Source: Marsupella aquatica | Taxonomy: Eukaryota; Plantae; Marchantiophyta | Direction of reading: 5' to 3' | Assembly: GCA_973895155.1 (NCBI GenBank) | Contig: OZ316899.1 | Coordinates: 1,387,573-1,451,572 of the forward strand | DNA length: 64,000 nucleotides | Shown: in pieces, positions 1-10,332 of the stretch | Layout of the letters: the number at the start of each line of letters is the position of its first letter | Numbering within the stretch: position 1 is the first letter of the stretch | Position numbers and translations under genes: made by a program | The notes under the pieces: generated by a model | The model's input: the letters and a program-made list of their open reading frames with translations, nothing else | Databases searched by the model: none | Told to the model about the DNA's origin: nothing

Positions 1-965
1 TGGCTTAGCAATGTTGAGCCTTTCCATGATGGGGGATCGGCTCTTTCCAATCACAACCCAGTACTGTTGAATGTAAGGCTCTCCGGATTGACAAAGACTG
101 AGGAGAGAGGAAAAGTAAGGCTTTTTATGGCTAACCCAGCTTTGCTGCGGAGAAGGGAGGATATGCAACTACCGGAAGAAGCCTGGAGCATGGGACAAGG
201 GAACTTTGAGGACCCTGGTCTTTGTTTTGCCAAAGGAAGCTGGAAATTGCATCAAACACTCAAGGAGATACAAGCCAAACCAAGAACAATTGAGGTGGAG
301 ATGGCTTTTCAGAGAGCTCAGCTGTTGGCTCTTACAATAGCCATTCTAGAAAACCATTTAGAGGAGGATATTGTTGGGTTCATGGATGCTGAAGACACGG
401 TGCATGCTTTGAGTTGGAGGAAACATACAAGAGGTTGCAGTCTAGCCCAAATCAAGCGGTTAGGTGAAGGACAAGAATCAACAAAAAAAATCTTTGCCAC
501 TGTGAAAGCCAAAAGATCTTGAGAGGTCATGACTTCCTTGAGTAGGGAGGATGGGAGTACTATATTTGACCCTAGTAGGATTTTGAAGGAGGTGGAAGCT
601 TTTTGTGAAGCGTTGTACAATCCTATCTGAAATGGAGACGGAAGGGAGACAAGTAACTAGAGCTAGACTGCTTGGCAACACAAGTTTTGCAATTTCTGGA
701 GCTGAGATTTTAAAGATGGAGAAGCTCCCTTCATGCCATGAGGTGAAGGATGTGTTGTGGCTCCTGCCTTGTGACAAAACACCAAGGCCTGATGGCATGA
801 CAACTGAGGTCTTTAGAGCATGCTGGGGTTTTCTTGGTCAGGATTTGGTGGATATGATACAAGGGTTCTAGCTTATGGATGCCCTTGATTTTGGGATTTG
901 TGAAGTGATTGTTAAATTCATACCCAAGAAACCTGACAAATGCTTTTTAAAAGACTGGCGTCCAT
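1..965 (+). mobile_element. L1-clade LINE ORF2 fragment (end of endonuclease to start of RT), decayed
   Basis: Translates to HDGGSALS-HNPV (end of APE endonuclease), then ..DKTPRPDGMTTEVFRACWGFLGQDL.. and KDWRP, the typical pre-RT linker of plant LINEs. Stops and frameshifts present; cut at 965 by a TG-starting LTR. Confidence 0.85.
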
Positions 966-3900
966 TGTGAGCCGCTCAATTAGTGGGTTAAATTAGTTTT
1001 AGGTTAGATTTTTTCTTTTTTGTTCTAAGTAAGCATATTATGCCTATAAATGAGTGGGAAGTAGAAGTGAAACTGAAGTCAACTCTCTTCAGTAAAACAG
1101 AATAAGAAAGTTTCATTAGTTTAAACCATGGTTAACTTAACAGTGGATTAGTGGATTAGATAGGTAATCAGATCCTTAGAGTTTGTAATTTAGGCTGAGA
1201 TTTTTTCTGAAGGTTCTAGGCAGGCCCTGGAGAACCCTTGTAAAAGAGCAAGTCATTTCGACCGTTCAATTAGAAGCTATTTACAGTGGAACAAAACTTT
1301 AAATAGACAACTTGCAGGACCTAGGGAAAATAGCCATAGAGCAAAAAATGTATTTTGAGGCTAGCCATGGTGTTACTATACCTAACACTATCCCTTAGAA
1401 TTATTAAACCTAGTTTTGGACTTATAGATACTTTTTGGGAGTGGTCCGAATTCTGTAAAAGTAGCTATGAATTATGACGGATTGCAGACTTTGAACAATT
1501 ATAGAAAAGCCAAGTTTAGTTATATATCAATTCTAAGAATTGTTTTAGGAAGCCCTAGGGCTAGGAAAGCCAGGAGTGTGTTCATAATAGTTTTTTTTCC
1601 TTATGAGTGAATTTTGAGCTATAAGTGAAGACGGCTAATGTTAAATGCCATAAGTAGCACTTAAAGGGAGACTTAAAGGGAGGAATGTTCTTTGTGCATA
1701 CAAAAGGGTAATTCAGCTGCGTAGAGAAACGTGGTGGACTCATTTACATCTGTAAAGGGAAGGGTTACAATGTAAAAGAGCTAGCTAAGGCCAGGTGTCG
1801 AGCCCAGAATTCAATAGAGCAAAAATCAAAGTGAAATTGAAGGGAGAATGGAGCTCAACGCTGCAGTTGAATGGAGAGCCAATACTCCACCAAATCAAGT
1901 AAGAAGAATTGGGCTGGAATGCTGGGCTCAAGGAGAATCAGAAGACCTGAACTAGAAGAGGAAATTCTGGAGCATGAATTAAAGGAGGAGATCGAAGGGA
2001 AAGCAAAGGCTGGAAGGGAAATTAATAGAGAAGATTGAAATTTCTGAATCAGAGAGAATATTTTACAGAAAGGAGAAGTCATTGACTGCTAACAAGGGGG
2101 CTCTTCAGGCAAAATCAACTTGCACCTTCTATAGGGGAACTTCGAGGTGCAGCAGTGGACAGCTAGAAGACCATTTCCTCAGCTAGGGTGATTGACAAGA
2201 AATCTGACCTGTGGCCCCTAACTTCAGGAATTGAATGCAGGATTAGTATCAAGTCCATAGAGATATTTCTGAAATTAGAATGGTTGCTCTTTGGACTCAA
2301 TTATTGAATGCAGGATTAGTATCAAGTCCATAGAGATATTTCTGAAATTAGAATGGCTGCTCTTTGGACTCGCAAATTGAATGCTACCAAGGTCAACCGA
2401 CAATCGAGAGAAGAACACATGGAAGGGAGATAGTTTTTGTGAGAATGGAGGGCTGGTATGAACAGAAGCACCAGCCAGACTTCCTTCAAATAAGCCACAA
2501 TCCCTTCAAACAAGTTCAGTTCTCTAAGTCCTAGCTTAGTTCTCTCCTTGCTCCAAACTGAATCAGGCAGTTGACTCTACCATAGATGGGAAGCATTCAT
2601 TCTCCTATTTCCATGAGTTCTTTCTCTCCGTTCACCCATGCACTTACTGTCAAGACCAGGGCTTATATTTCACAGGAGTACTGGGCCTTTACGTTTGTAG
2701 TCTCACGGGGTTACTATTTGGCTTTGTACACCTGAGTTTACACATGCAGGGTCAGGTAAACCGAGTTTACACCAGTAACTAAGCCTTGAGATAAGGCTGA
2801 CCCTAGTTTAAAGTGACGATATCGATGGGTTCTGCTGAAACCTGAATAACTCGCTTAGTTTAGACTCAATCGGAGTACTTTTAAATACATTGGAAAGCTA
2901 TCGACGGTGGCTAGAGGCTGGCACAAGCTAGGAGGATTGGGAGTTCACTAAGATTCTCTTGGAAGTCAGGTTGTATAACAGTTTGATATTGCCAGCTACT
3001 TGAGAGGTTTCGATCGTGGTAAGGCTCTAAAAGGAGGTCAAGTGGGACTACAATCAAAGTGCATGGCTGATCCTAGAGTTCCTGATCCAAGAGGGCTGCC
3101 TGATCAGCATTTTCCTCCCCTGGTCCACAAGGCTAAGTTCACCTTGTGGAGTAAGCATGGGAGAGCAAATGCCGACCCCGACATTTGGCTGGCCCAATAC
3201 CTACTTGCTCAAAGGTGGACAAGAGGGGCAGAAGTTCAAATCTGAGGGCTTTCACCAAGGTGTACCTCAAGCATTTCAGAGAGGACAACCAGATTACCAA
3301 GCCACTAACCAGTACGGTAAGGAGGTACCATGCTTGGGTCATTCGCAAGGCCCTAATCGGATGGGTGAGGCTTGGAGAAGGGCTCTTTCATGTCAAGGGG
3401 ACCTAGGCTGGTTCTGGAGTCCAGGAATAAGGAGGGTAAGGAGTGGAGTCCTTAAAGCCAACATGGAGGGTACCTAAGGACCTGAGTTACATGGAGACTT
3501 TGGAGGAACTTGGAGGGCCATTGGAAGTTGATCCCTCTACTATTTTTAGAGCTATTTGGTAGATAGGGATGACTGTACTTTGGAGGCTGACTTAGTCCCT
3601 GATTTGGAGGGATAGGACAGCCAAGTCAGGAGGTGAGGTGGACCTGAATGAAGGGCTAAAATCAAGGAGTTGATTTAGGCTTTCAAAAGGCCACCAACTA
3701 GCTCATTAGTTAGGTAAGACAAACAAGTGAGTTAGTGAGATAGTTAGGAGGATAAGTAAGGATCTTTGACCCCCTTGAAAGGTGGGCTGGTCTTTTTTTA
3801 GTGGTAAGTCACTTGCTGGTCTTTGGGGTGGTTTTGGACTTTGTGATGAGTTGAAGCCAAGCAAGGAGTACTTAAGTTGGTGTGAGTTACTTTGTGTGGG

Positions 3901-4017
3901 TCCAAGTATGGAGAATCAAGGAGTAGCACTAAGAGACCTTAGGGGAACTAAGGTAGATGTTCTAGGGGTACTAGAACTCAAGTGTATGCCTTGAGGCTTG
4001 AAAGGACCATAGAATGG
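966..4017 (+). mobile_element. Long LTR A (Gypsy type), partial; interrupted at 4017 by element D
   Basis: Begins TGTGAG exactly where the LINE frame stops. Shares scattered motifs with LTR C and the reverse complement of the B LTR (GGACCTAGGGAAAATAGC, TATCCCT-AGAA, AAAGGACCATA). No matching right end found in the window. Confidence 0.55.
2231..2384. repeat. 73-bp tandem duplication (2 copies plus a partial)
   Basis: TTGAATGCAGGATTAGTATCAAGTCCATAGAG.. recurs at 2231 and 2304, with a partial copy at 2377. Confidence 0.9.
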
Positions 4018-4161
4018 TGTGACAGTTGTCGTGCGCATACACATTTCTATACAATATACATTGTTTGTCACATACATCCAAACATATCACACTATCATAT
4101 CGCAAACACAAGAGAATGGAATACAAGTGGAGCTCATGTCCACATATGTCCAAAACCCACA
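4018..4161 (-). repeat. Putative 3' LTR of element D (~144 bp)
   Basis: TGTGAC...CCCACA adjacent to a polypurine tract. The partner LTR is absent, so the left boundary is unconfirmed. Confidence 0.55.
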
Positions 4162-4174
4162 ATCGCCCCCCTAG
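4162..4174 (-). other. Polypurine tract of element D
   Basis: Minus strand reads TAGGGGGGCGAT just before TGTGGGTTTTGG. Confidence 0.7.
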
Positions 4175-4334
4175 TCGGGAGTAAGGCCCCTAACTCTAGC
4201 TAGCCATGAGTTCTACAAGGTTGATATACACCTTTTCAGATGTGAAGATCAGGAGGCCGGGTGCAAGTGAGCCCCATCAATCACCTACCTGCAATCCATA
4301 TCTGCCAAAAGAACACAAATGATAACTAATCGGC

Positions 4335-4480
4335 TTCACCAACACGGGGGCCACAACCGTGATCCTCTATGAATCACCTGCAATGGTGGTGTCAAACACG
4401 ACATGTGTCATCCTCTAGAACACTTATCACAAATCAACATAGTAGCTGCTCCCTAAGCAGATCCATACAACATACACTTC
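4335..4480 (-). pseudogene. PHD zinc finger at the C-terminus of D integrase (decayed)
   Basis: Reads KCMLYGSA*GAATMLICDKCSRG*HMSCLTPPLQVIHRGSRLWPPC, matching the C4-H-C3 PHD spacing with substitutions and two stops. Confidence 0.75.
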
Positions 4481-6010
4481 AAGCAAGCACAAACATGTGC
4501 TAAGCTTGGATCCACGATACCATCAAAGTTTGGAAGATGACATGGTGCATAGTTGCGCACATGATCTTTCCAAACCATACCATCACGTCCCTCCAACATC
4601 AGGACACTAGAAGGGAACACTTTATGCACACGCAAAATGGTCTAACCTGCAATCACATCAAGGTTGTTGGTGCTGTCTGCTGCAAATAAACATTATCACC
4701 GGGATGAAATCATCAAATCTTTGCACGATAACCTCCTCCACAAATAGTGACATACTGCAAGTATCACAATGTTGGGCATGACTCTCTCAAATATCTTTGC
4801 CCTCTCTGAACAAACCTTGACCCAAACATTGGGATTATCCAAGTTTACAACCGATGCGATGTCATGATGAATAGCTGCTTGCAAATCTGGCTCTCTACCA
4901 TAGAGCAAGAAATAAGGTGAGAACGATGCAAGTGATGCTTGCCAACTAAAATGATAGCTAATAGCTAACCAAGGTAACTGAAGATCCCAATCTCCCAGAT
5001 GACCAACTTGCAAGCTATACTTGCACAACCCTCAGTCTCTTCACAGTTTGCACTACTCTCTCAGCCAATCCATATGCCTCAGGATGGTCACAAGAAGTAG
5101 TACGATGATCAATTAGAGCTTGCTCACACAAACTCTCAAACTCTCCACGGAACTCAGTTCCCTAATCAGTCAACACCTTAGCTGGTGCTCCAAAATGACT
5201 AAGTACATGATCCAAAAATGTGCTAGCAACTCCTCCACTAGCTTTATCTGGCAACGCCACTAGCTCAATCCACTTGGAGAAATACTCCACCATAACCAAA
5301 ACATAACAGTTATGTCATTGAGTGAGAGGCAATGGACCAGCAAAGTCCAAACTCCATCTATACCCCAAACCCATGATTGGCAATGGATGCAACTAGGGAG
5401 TGGAAGCATTAAATGATGCCCTCACTCGATCACATATCACACACTTAGCTATCAGTTGCTAGACATGATTGTGCATACCATGCCACCAATACTATGTTTG
5501 TAACAAGCTATAAGTGCATTTCACACCAAAGTGACCCAACTCCTCGTGCACATGTCGCACCAAATGTACTCATTGTGATGGTTTTGGTACCACCAATACC
5601 TTACCATCACGTAGTACTCTCAAAAGATGGCATGGTTTCTTTCCCATTGAAATCTCTTGGCTCTTTGCAGAACCCTGTCATGTTCCTTGGCATCAACACT
5701 ACCACCAATAGAACTAGTGTGCAGGTATTCCAACACTCCCTCATTGTTGTGAATATCCTGCTGTCCAACCACAACCTCACCAACATCCATATCTGTAGAC
5801 TCATCATCTACTTCATCCAATGAGATAGAGTTCACAGATCCACTGCATGCTGGAACCCAACAAAGGAAGGCGAATGCATACCATCCTGACACCATCTCCT
5901 TATCTGACTCATCATGCCATCTGGCTGCAATTTCATCCTCTTGACGGGTACAAGGATTACGGCTGAATCCATCTGCATCCAAGTTCACTTTTTGAGGCCT
6001 ATGCACAACC
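4480..6010 (-). pseudogene. Integrase of element D (fragmented)
   Basis: Fragments ..LAISYHFSWQASLASFSPYFLLYGREP.. and ..VLQRAKRFQWE.., downstream of RNase H. Confidence 0.8.
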
Positions 6011-7560
6011 TGGAAATCATACTCCTATAACAACAATGCCCATTGTGCAAGTCACCTTGTGAGCTTGTCAGACTTCATTAACCACTTGAGAAGCTTATGA
6101 TCAGTGATCAAGGTGAAAGGGTTACCAAACAAGTAGCAATAGAAGTGTGTCATAACCCACACTGCTGCCAACACACTCTCCCTCATAAGAGCTATACTTA
6201 GACTCTACTGAATTGTTTGATCTATTGGCATAAGTCACAACAAACTCATTTTCCTCATCATCTTTCAGAGTCAACATTGCTCAAACTCCTACGCCACTCC
6301 AATGGGGTATTTACAAACGATAGGAAACAACAAACAATAACAGGAAACAGAAACTGGTAATAGGAAAATGAATGTTAATATTTTTAGATTTTTTTTAGAT
6401 TTTTTTTTGCCAAATTTTTTTTGCTAGCACCCAAAGCTAGCCAAAAAATTATTGTTGACAACTTTTTTTTCAAAAATATGATTTTTTAGGAAATATTTTT
6501 ACATTGTCATTTTCTGGTAACAGTAAATTTTTGTTGATACTAGTAAACCTGTTTCATGTTTACTATCACGCATGTCATACCCACTCCAATCAGTGTGTAG
6601 CTGAAATGGTCTCCCTGAAATGGGTCTTCTCAAAATAGGGGATGATGCCAATCTTTCTTTCAACTCCCGAAAGGTATGCTCTTGGTCATCATCCCAAATC
6701 CACTCCTGATCCAACTTAGTGAGTATGGTTAAAGGTTTAGCAAGTTGGCTAAATCCTTTAACGTACCTCCAATAGTAGCTCGTCAATCCCAAGAATGCAT
6801 GAACTCTACTCATCTCAGTAGGATGAGGAATCTGTGTAAATGGCCTCCACCTTAGTCTGCTGCATACCCAATCCCCCTAGGTAGATAGTGTGACCCAAAT
6901 ACTCAATCTGGTCTTGGAAGAACTTACACTTGCTAGGAGTTTCAACCCATGTTCTCTCAATCTCTCCAACACAATCTGCAAGTGCTGTTGATGTTCTTCC
7001 ATAGTGGAAGAATAGACCAAAATGTCATCAATGTAACATTTGACAAAATCCAAACCTGTAAGAATTTGATCCATGACTCTTTGGAATTCAGCTAGTGCAT
7101 TCTTCAACCCAAATGGTAAAAACAACCACTGATACAAACGATCATTGCCATGCAAATCAATTCCCCATAATGTTATTTTGGACCTGTCAAAATGTCTAAT
7201 TGGAAGTTGATGGTCCCCTGCCCTTAGATCCAATGAACTAAAAACCTTTGCATGCCCCACAACGTCAAAGATCTCCTCAAATGTGGGCATGGCATATCGA
7301 TCAGATTTTGTCTAATGGTTAATAGGTCGGTAATCACCACACATGCGCCTATCCATGTACTTGCCATGCACATCCTTCTTGGCTGACATCATTGTGGTAG
7401 ATGCATAATCGGTACGAGATCTCCACCAAACCAGCCTCCAACAAATCTTGAGTTTTGTTCCAAATCAAAGCTCTCTCCATGTCACTGTAACGATATGGTC
7501 CGAAAGATTGGCGCATCACTAGCCAATTCAATCTAAATATCAGGGCCCTTCAATGTCCCA
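6010..7560 (-). pseudogene. RT and RNase H of element D (fragmented, MITE-interrupted)
   Basis: MPTFEEIFDVVGHAKVFSSLDLRAG..PFGLKNA..YIDDILVYS; AFLGLTSYY; FQLHTDWSG; PFTLITDHK. Confidence 0.9.
6304..6581. mobile_element. MITE, Mutator-like (278 bp)
   Basis: 9-bp TSD CACTCCAAT (6295-6303 and 6582-6590), imperfect TIRs GGGGTAT../..ATACC, AT-rich interior. Removal restores RNase H TDWSG|VGVGAML. Confidence 0.8.
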
Positions 7561-7929
7561 AAATCTTTCATGCTAAATGCAGAACAATTCCAATAACTCT
7601 TTAGAAATTGATGCATGCAACGTCTCTCCTCCCTTGTCAACTTAGGACCAATCTGTGGCTCCAAACTCTCCACCAAATCCCTGATATCTTTTTGTAGGGT
7701 AGCAAAGATAGTAGAATGATTGCTATTTAGCAATAGTTTGAGCAATCCTTTCTTGCTCAACAATCTCTCCGTTCTTGGCCAATCCTGCCATAGGTCCATG
7801 GACTATTTGCTTGCCCCCAACTGTGACCACTACTATCTCAGTAGGCCGCAAGCTCACCAATGGACGATCTATAACACTAGCAGAGCGCATCTGGAACTGC
7901 TCTACTACTCCCAAGCTGACAATCCAAGT

Positions 7930-8535
7930 CAAACAATTCAAATCCATGGCTTGGCCAAGAACCTGATGGCATGAACTCTCTGACACAGATGCAATAGCAA
8001 TTGTACCTTTGGAGAATCTCATGGCCCACTCTCTCTCATCAGCTGTGGGCTCTACTAACTGTCGTAGAGTTGTATCCCACACAAGTCTAGGACCATATGT
8101 GGTGAAAGCATACAAAGCAGAGTGGCTCACAAAAGTGGGTAATGCACAACGTGGGCGCCCAACCACATTGACGATTGCCAATGGAGATCTGTCAGGCTGG
8201 GTCACACCCTGTGAACGACGCCTTGGATCCAAAATATCATCCACTACCAAGGCTGGCAAGCAAGGAATGCTATCAAATGCTTGCTTCAACACCTCACCTG
8301 GTAACAAATTAGTCCACCACAAGCGTGGACGATGTGCACAAGAACCCACACATGCAACATCCAATAACACATCAAGTCCAATCCAAGACCTCACCTGATG
8401 AACACTGGCAACAATCCATTGACGATGATCACCCAAGAATGGCACATTCTCCAAAATGTAGGCCGGAGACTATGTCTGATGCAACTGAAGATGACGCAAC
8501 ATCCATAACATCTCCTAAAATAATGCAGATTGTGG
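7930..8535 (-). pseudogene. DNMT3-like C5 cytosine methyltransferase, C-terminal half (motifs VI, VIII, IX, X)
   Basis: YILENVP (VI), DVACVGSCAHRPRLWWTNL (VIII), EPTADEREWAMRFSKGT (IX), SCHQVLGQAMD (X). In ORF 7723..8454 plus its upstream in-frame extension, which contains two TAG stops. Confidence 0.85.
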
Positions 8536-9780
8536 TGTCGTATAGCAATAAGTATTAAAAGTGTAATTTCTCACTTAAAACCAAGGTTCTGATCCCTTAA
8601 AGAACATATTTTGGTATGAATTGAATAATTTTCATCATTCTGAGTGATGTAGAACTCATAGCTCTACACTTTTCTTACTTCTCAACAAAATAAAGTAAAC
8701 AAAATATAAAAGTAACTTAACTTCAGATTTACAGACTAGAAAGGAAATGATTCCAGTTTTGGAGACTCTAGTAAATTATTGCCACACCTTCAGAAAGGAC
8801 TTGGTCTCAATATAAACATGCCTAAAATCTCTCAACTCATCAATCTTTCTTTTGAAGATACAAAATTGTACAGAGATAAAGTTCTCAATCTGATAAACAA
8901 AGCAGCTTTCTGGTTGCAAATGTAATGATATGCCTTAAAATGCCGTCAACACGGTTTGACATCAGCATTGCGCAATTCAGTCAAACTCTAAGCCATATTC
9001 CAGAAATAAGCAACGGTACTAAATGCTTTGAGAATCCAATTTCACTTCTCATTTATCAACAACTACTCTTGAATTTGCTAGTGATTCTTGACTCTACAAG
9101 CAAGCCTAGCAGTGAATTCAATACGAGCCTCAGAAGTCTGTAACTGAATTCAATTACCACAGGAATTTCTGAGATTCAATCACAACTTCAAACAAATGCT
9201 GCTTTACTTCCATACAACGCACTCTCAACATGCCTTGTTATAATGGAAGGAGGAGGAACAATTTAGAATATCCAATTCTGAATACAGTGTTATCTCTGAC
9301 TCTCTCTCTGGTTCAAATGAGCATCCTACTCTGTCTTATAAGTGCTAAGGTCCTAAAATGAAGGAAATATGAAAAGCTATGCCTGTTGAGCTTGAACTAA
9401 GTATGAGGAAAGTACAACATAAGTACTTAGAGGTCGGGAAAATACTACTATATTGGTAATCTATTTCGAAAGCTAAATCTAAGTATCGGAAAATGAGGGA
9501 TGCTTCTAAAAGCGTCGTGTGTGGATGGACGCTTCTAAGCGTCGAGTCAGAGTGGACGCTTTTGAAAGCATCGTGAGTTAAAGTACTCGGGAATAGTCAA
9601 CGCTACTGAAAGCGTCAAGGGTGAATCACGGGGTAAGAGCGGACGCTTCTATAAGCGTCGGTCAAGAAATGGTCGATGAGGGCAGTCGCTTCTGTTTAGC
9701 GTCCAGAATAGAACAAATGCTTGAAAAATGTCAAAAATAAATCATCTTCCAACAAAAATGGTAGAGACCGCCATTCCACA
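8536..9780 (-). repeat. 3' LTR of element E
   Basis: TGTCGTATAG...CATTCCACA; direct repeat of 22970-24173 with substitutions and small indels. Confidence 0.95.
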
Positions 9781-9796
9781 TAGCCCTCCACTTAAA
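9781..9796 (-). other. Polypurine tract of element E
   Basis: Minus strand TTTAAGTGGAGGGCTA abutting the LTR. Confidence 0.85.
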
Positions 9797-9856
9797 TTTT
9801 GCCGTGTCCGCACAAGACAACCACGCTTTGATTAAGGACCAGTGTTGGGTTCTTCA

Positions 9857-10225
9857 TCAAAAATCTTCTGGCTTGGGAATCCAAGTGGTACTCAAGACCA
9901 TTGATGGAATATGGCTGTCATTGGGGTTCACAATATAAAAATCGAGGTCATAAAATTCTTCTCCAATATGTAATGACACTTGTTCTACTCTACCCCAAAG
10001 TTGAATTAATCGTCCATCGATTGAGATTTGAGCACCTATGGGCTGAACGTGTTGGCAAACTAATTGATGAAACAGTCTGTGGGACAGTAAATTTATTCCA
10101 GAGCCTGGGTCAATAACAAAGTGCTGAATAGTGTGTCCTTCCAATTTAATCTCCCCTTCAAGAGAATACTGAAATGCGCGGGAGAGAGAATCACAACAAT
10201 CCATAGTAGCTTTTACGGTCCACAT
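9857..10225 (-). CDS. Second retropepsin-like aspartic protease ORF in the accessory region of E
   Basis: FVIDPGSGINLL resembles the catalytic strand of the pol proteases in this window (VDGGSGVNI in B, VDGEASVNLI in E). C-terminal FYIV..VLSTTWI resembles YLVM..ILIGRPWL. Confidence 0.55.
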   Translation of the reverse strand: MWTVKATMDCCDSLSRAFQYSLEGEIKLEGHTIQHFVIDPGSGINLLSHRLFHQLVCQHVQPIGAQISIDGRLIQLWGRVEQVSLHIGEEFYDLDFYIVNPNDSHIPSMVLSTTWIPKPEDF

Positions 10226-10332
10226 GGTGACTCAAACAGAATAAGTGCTGCTCAGTACTTCAATCAGATCCGTTTATACTCCAGGGGATAAACGCCCTTT
10301 CAAATCTTATACATGAAGTGGTTACAAATCTG

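Noticed and set aside
3000-3480. Possible gag or accessory ORF in LTR A (ADPDIWLAQYL resembles gag DPDAWL)
   Set aside because: One short motif in fragmented frames; not enough to assign.
9498-9704. CRISPR-like palindromic repeats with spacers (also the 26-bp array at 15712-15826)
   Set aside because: Degenerate, irregularly spaced, inside LTRs of a eukaryotic retroelement, with no cas genes.
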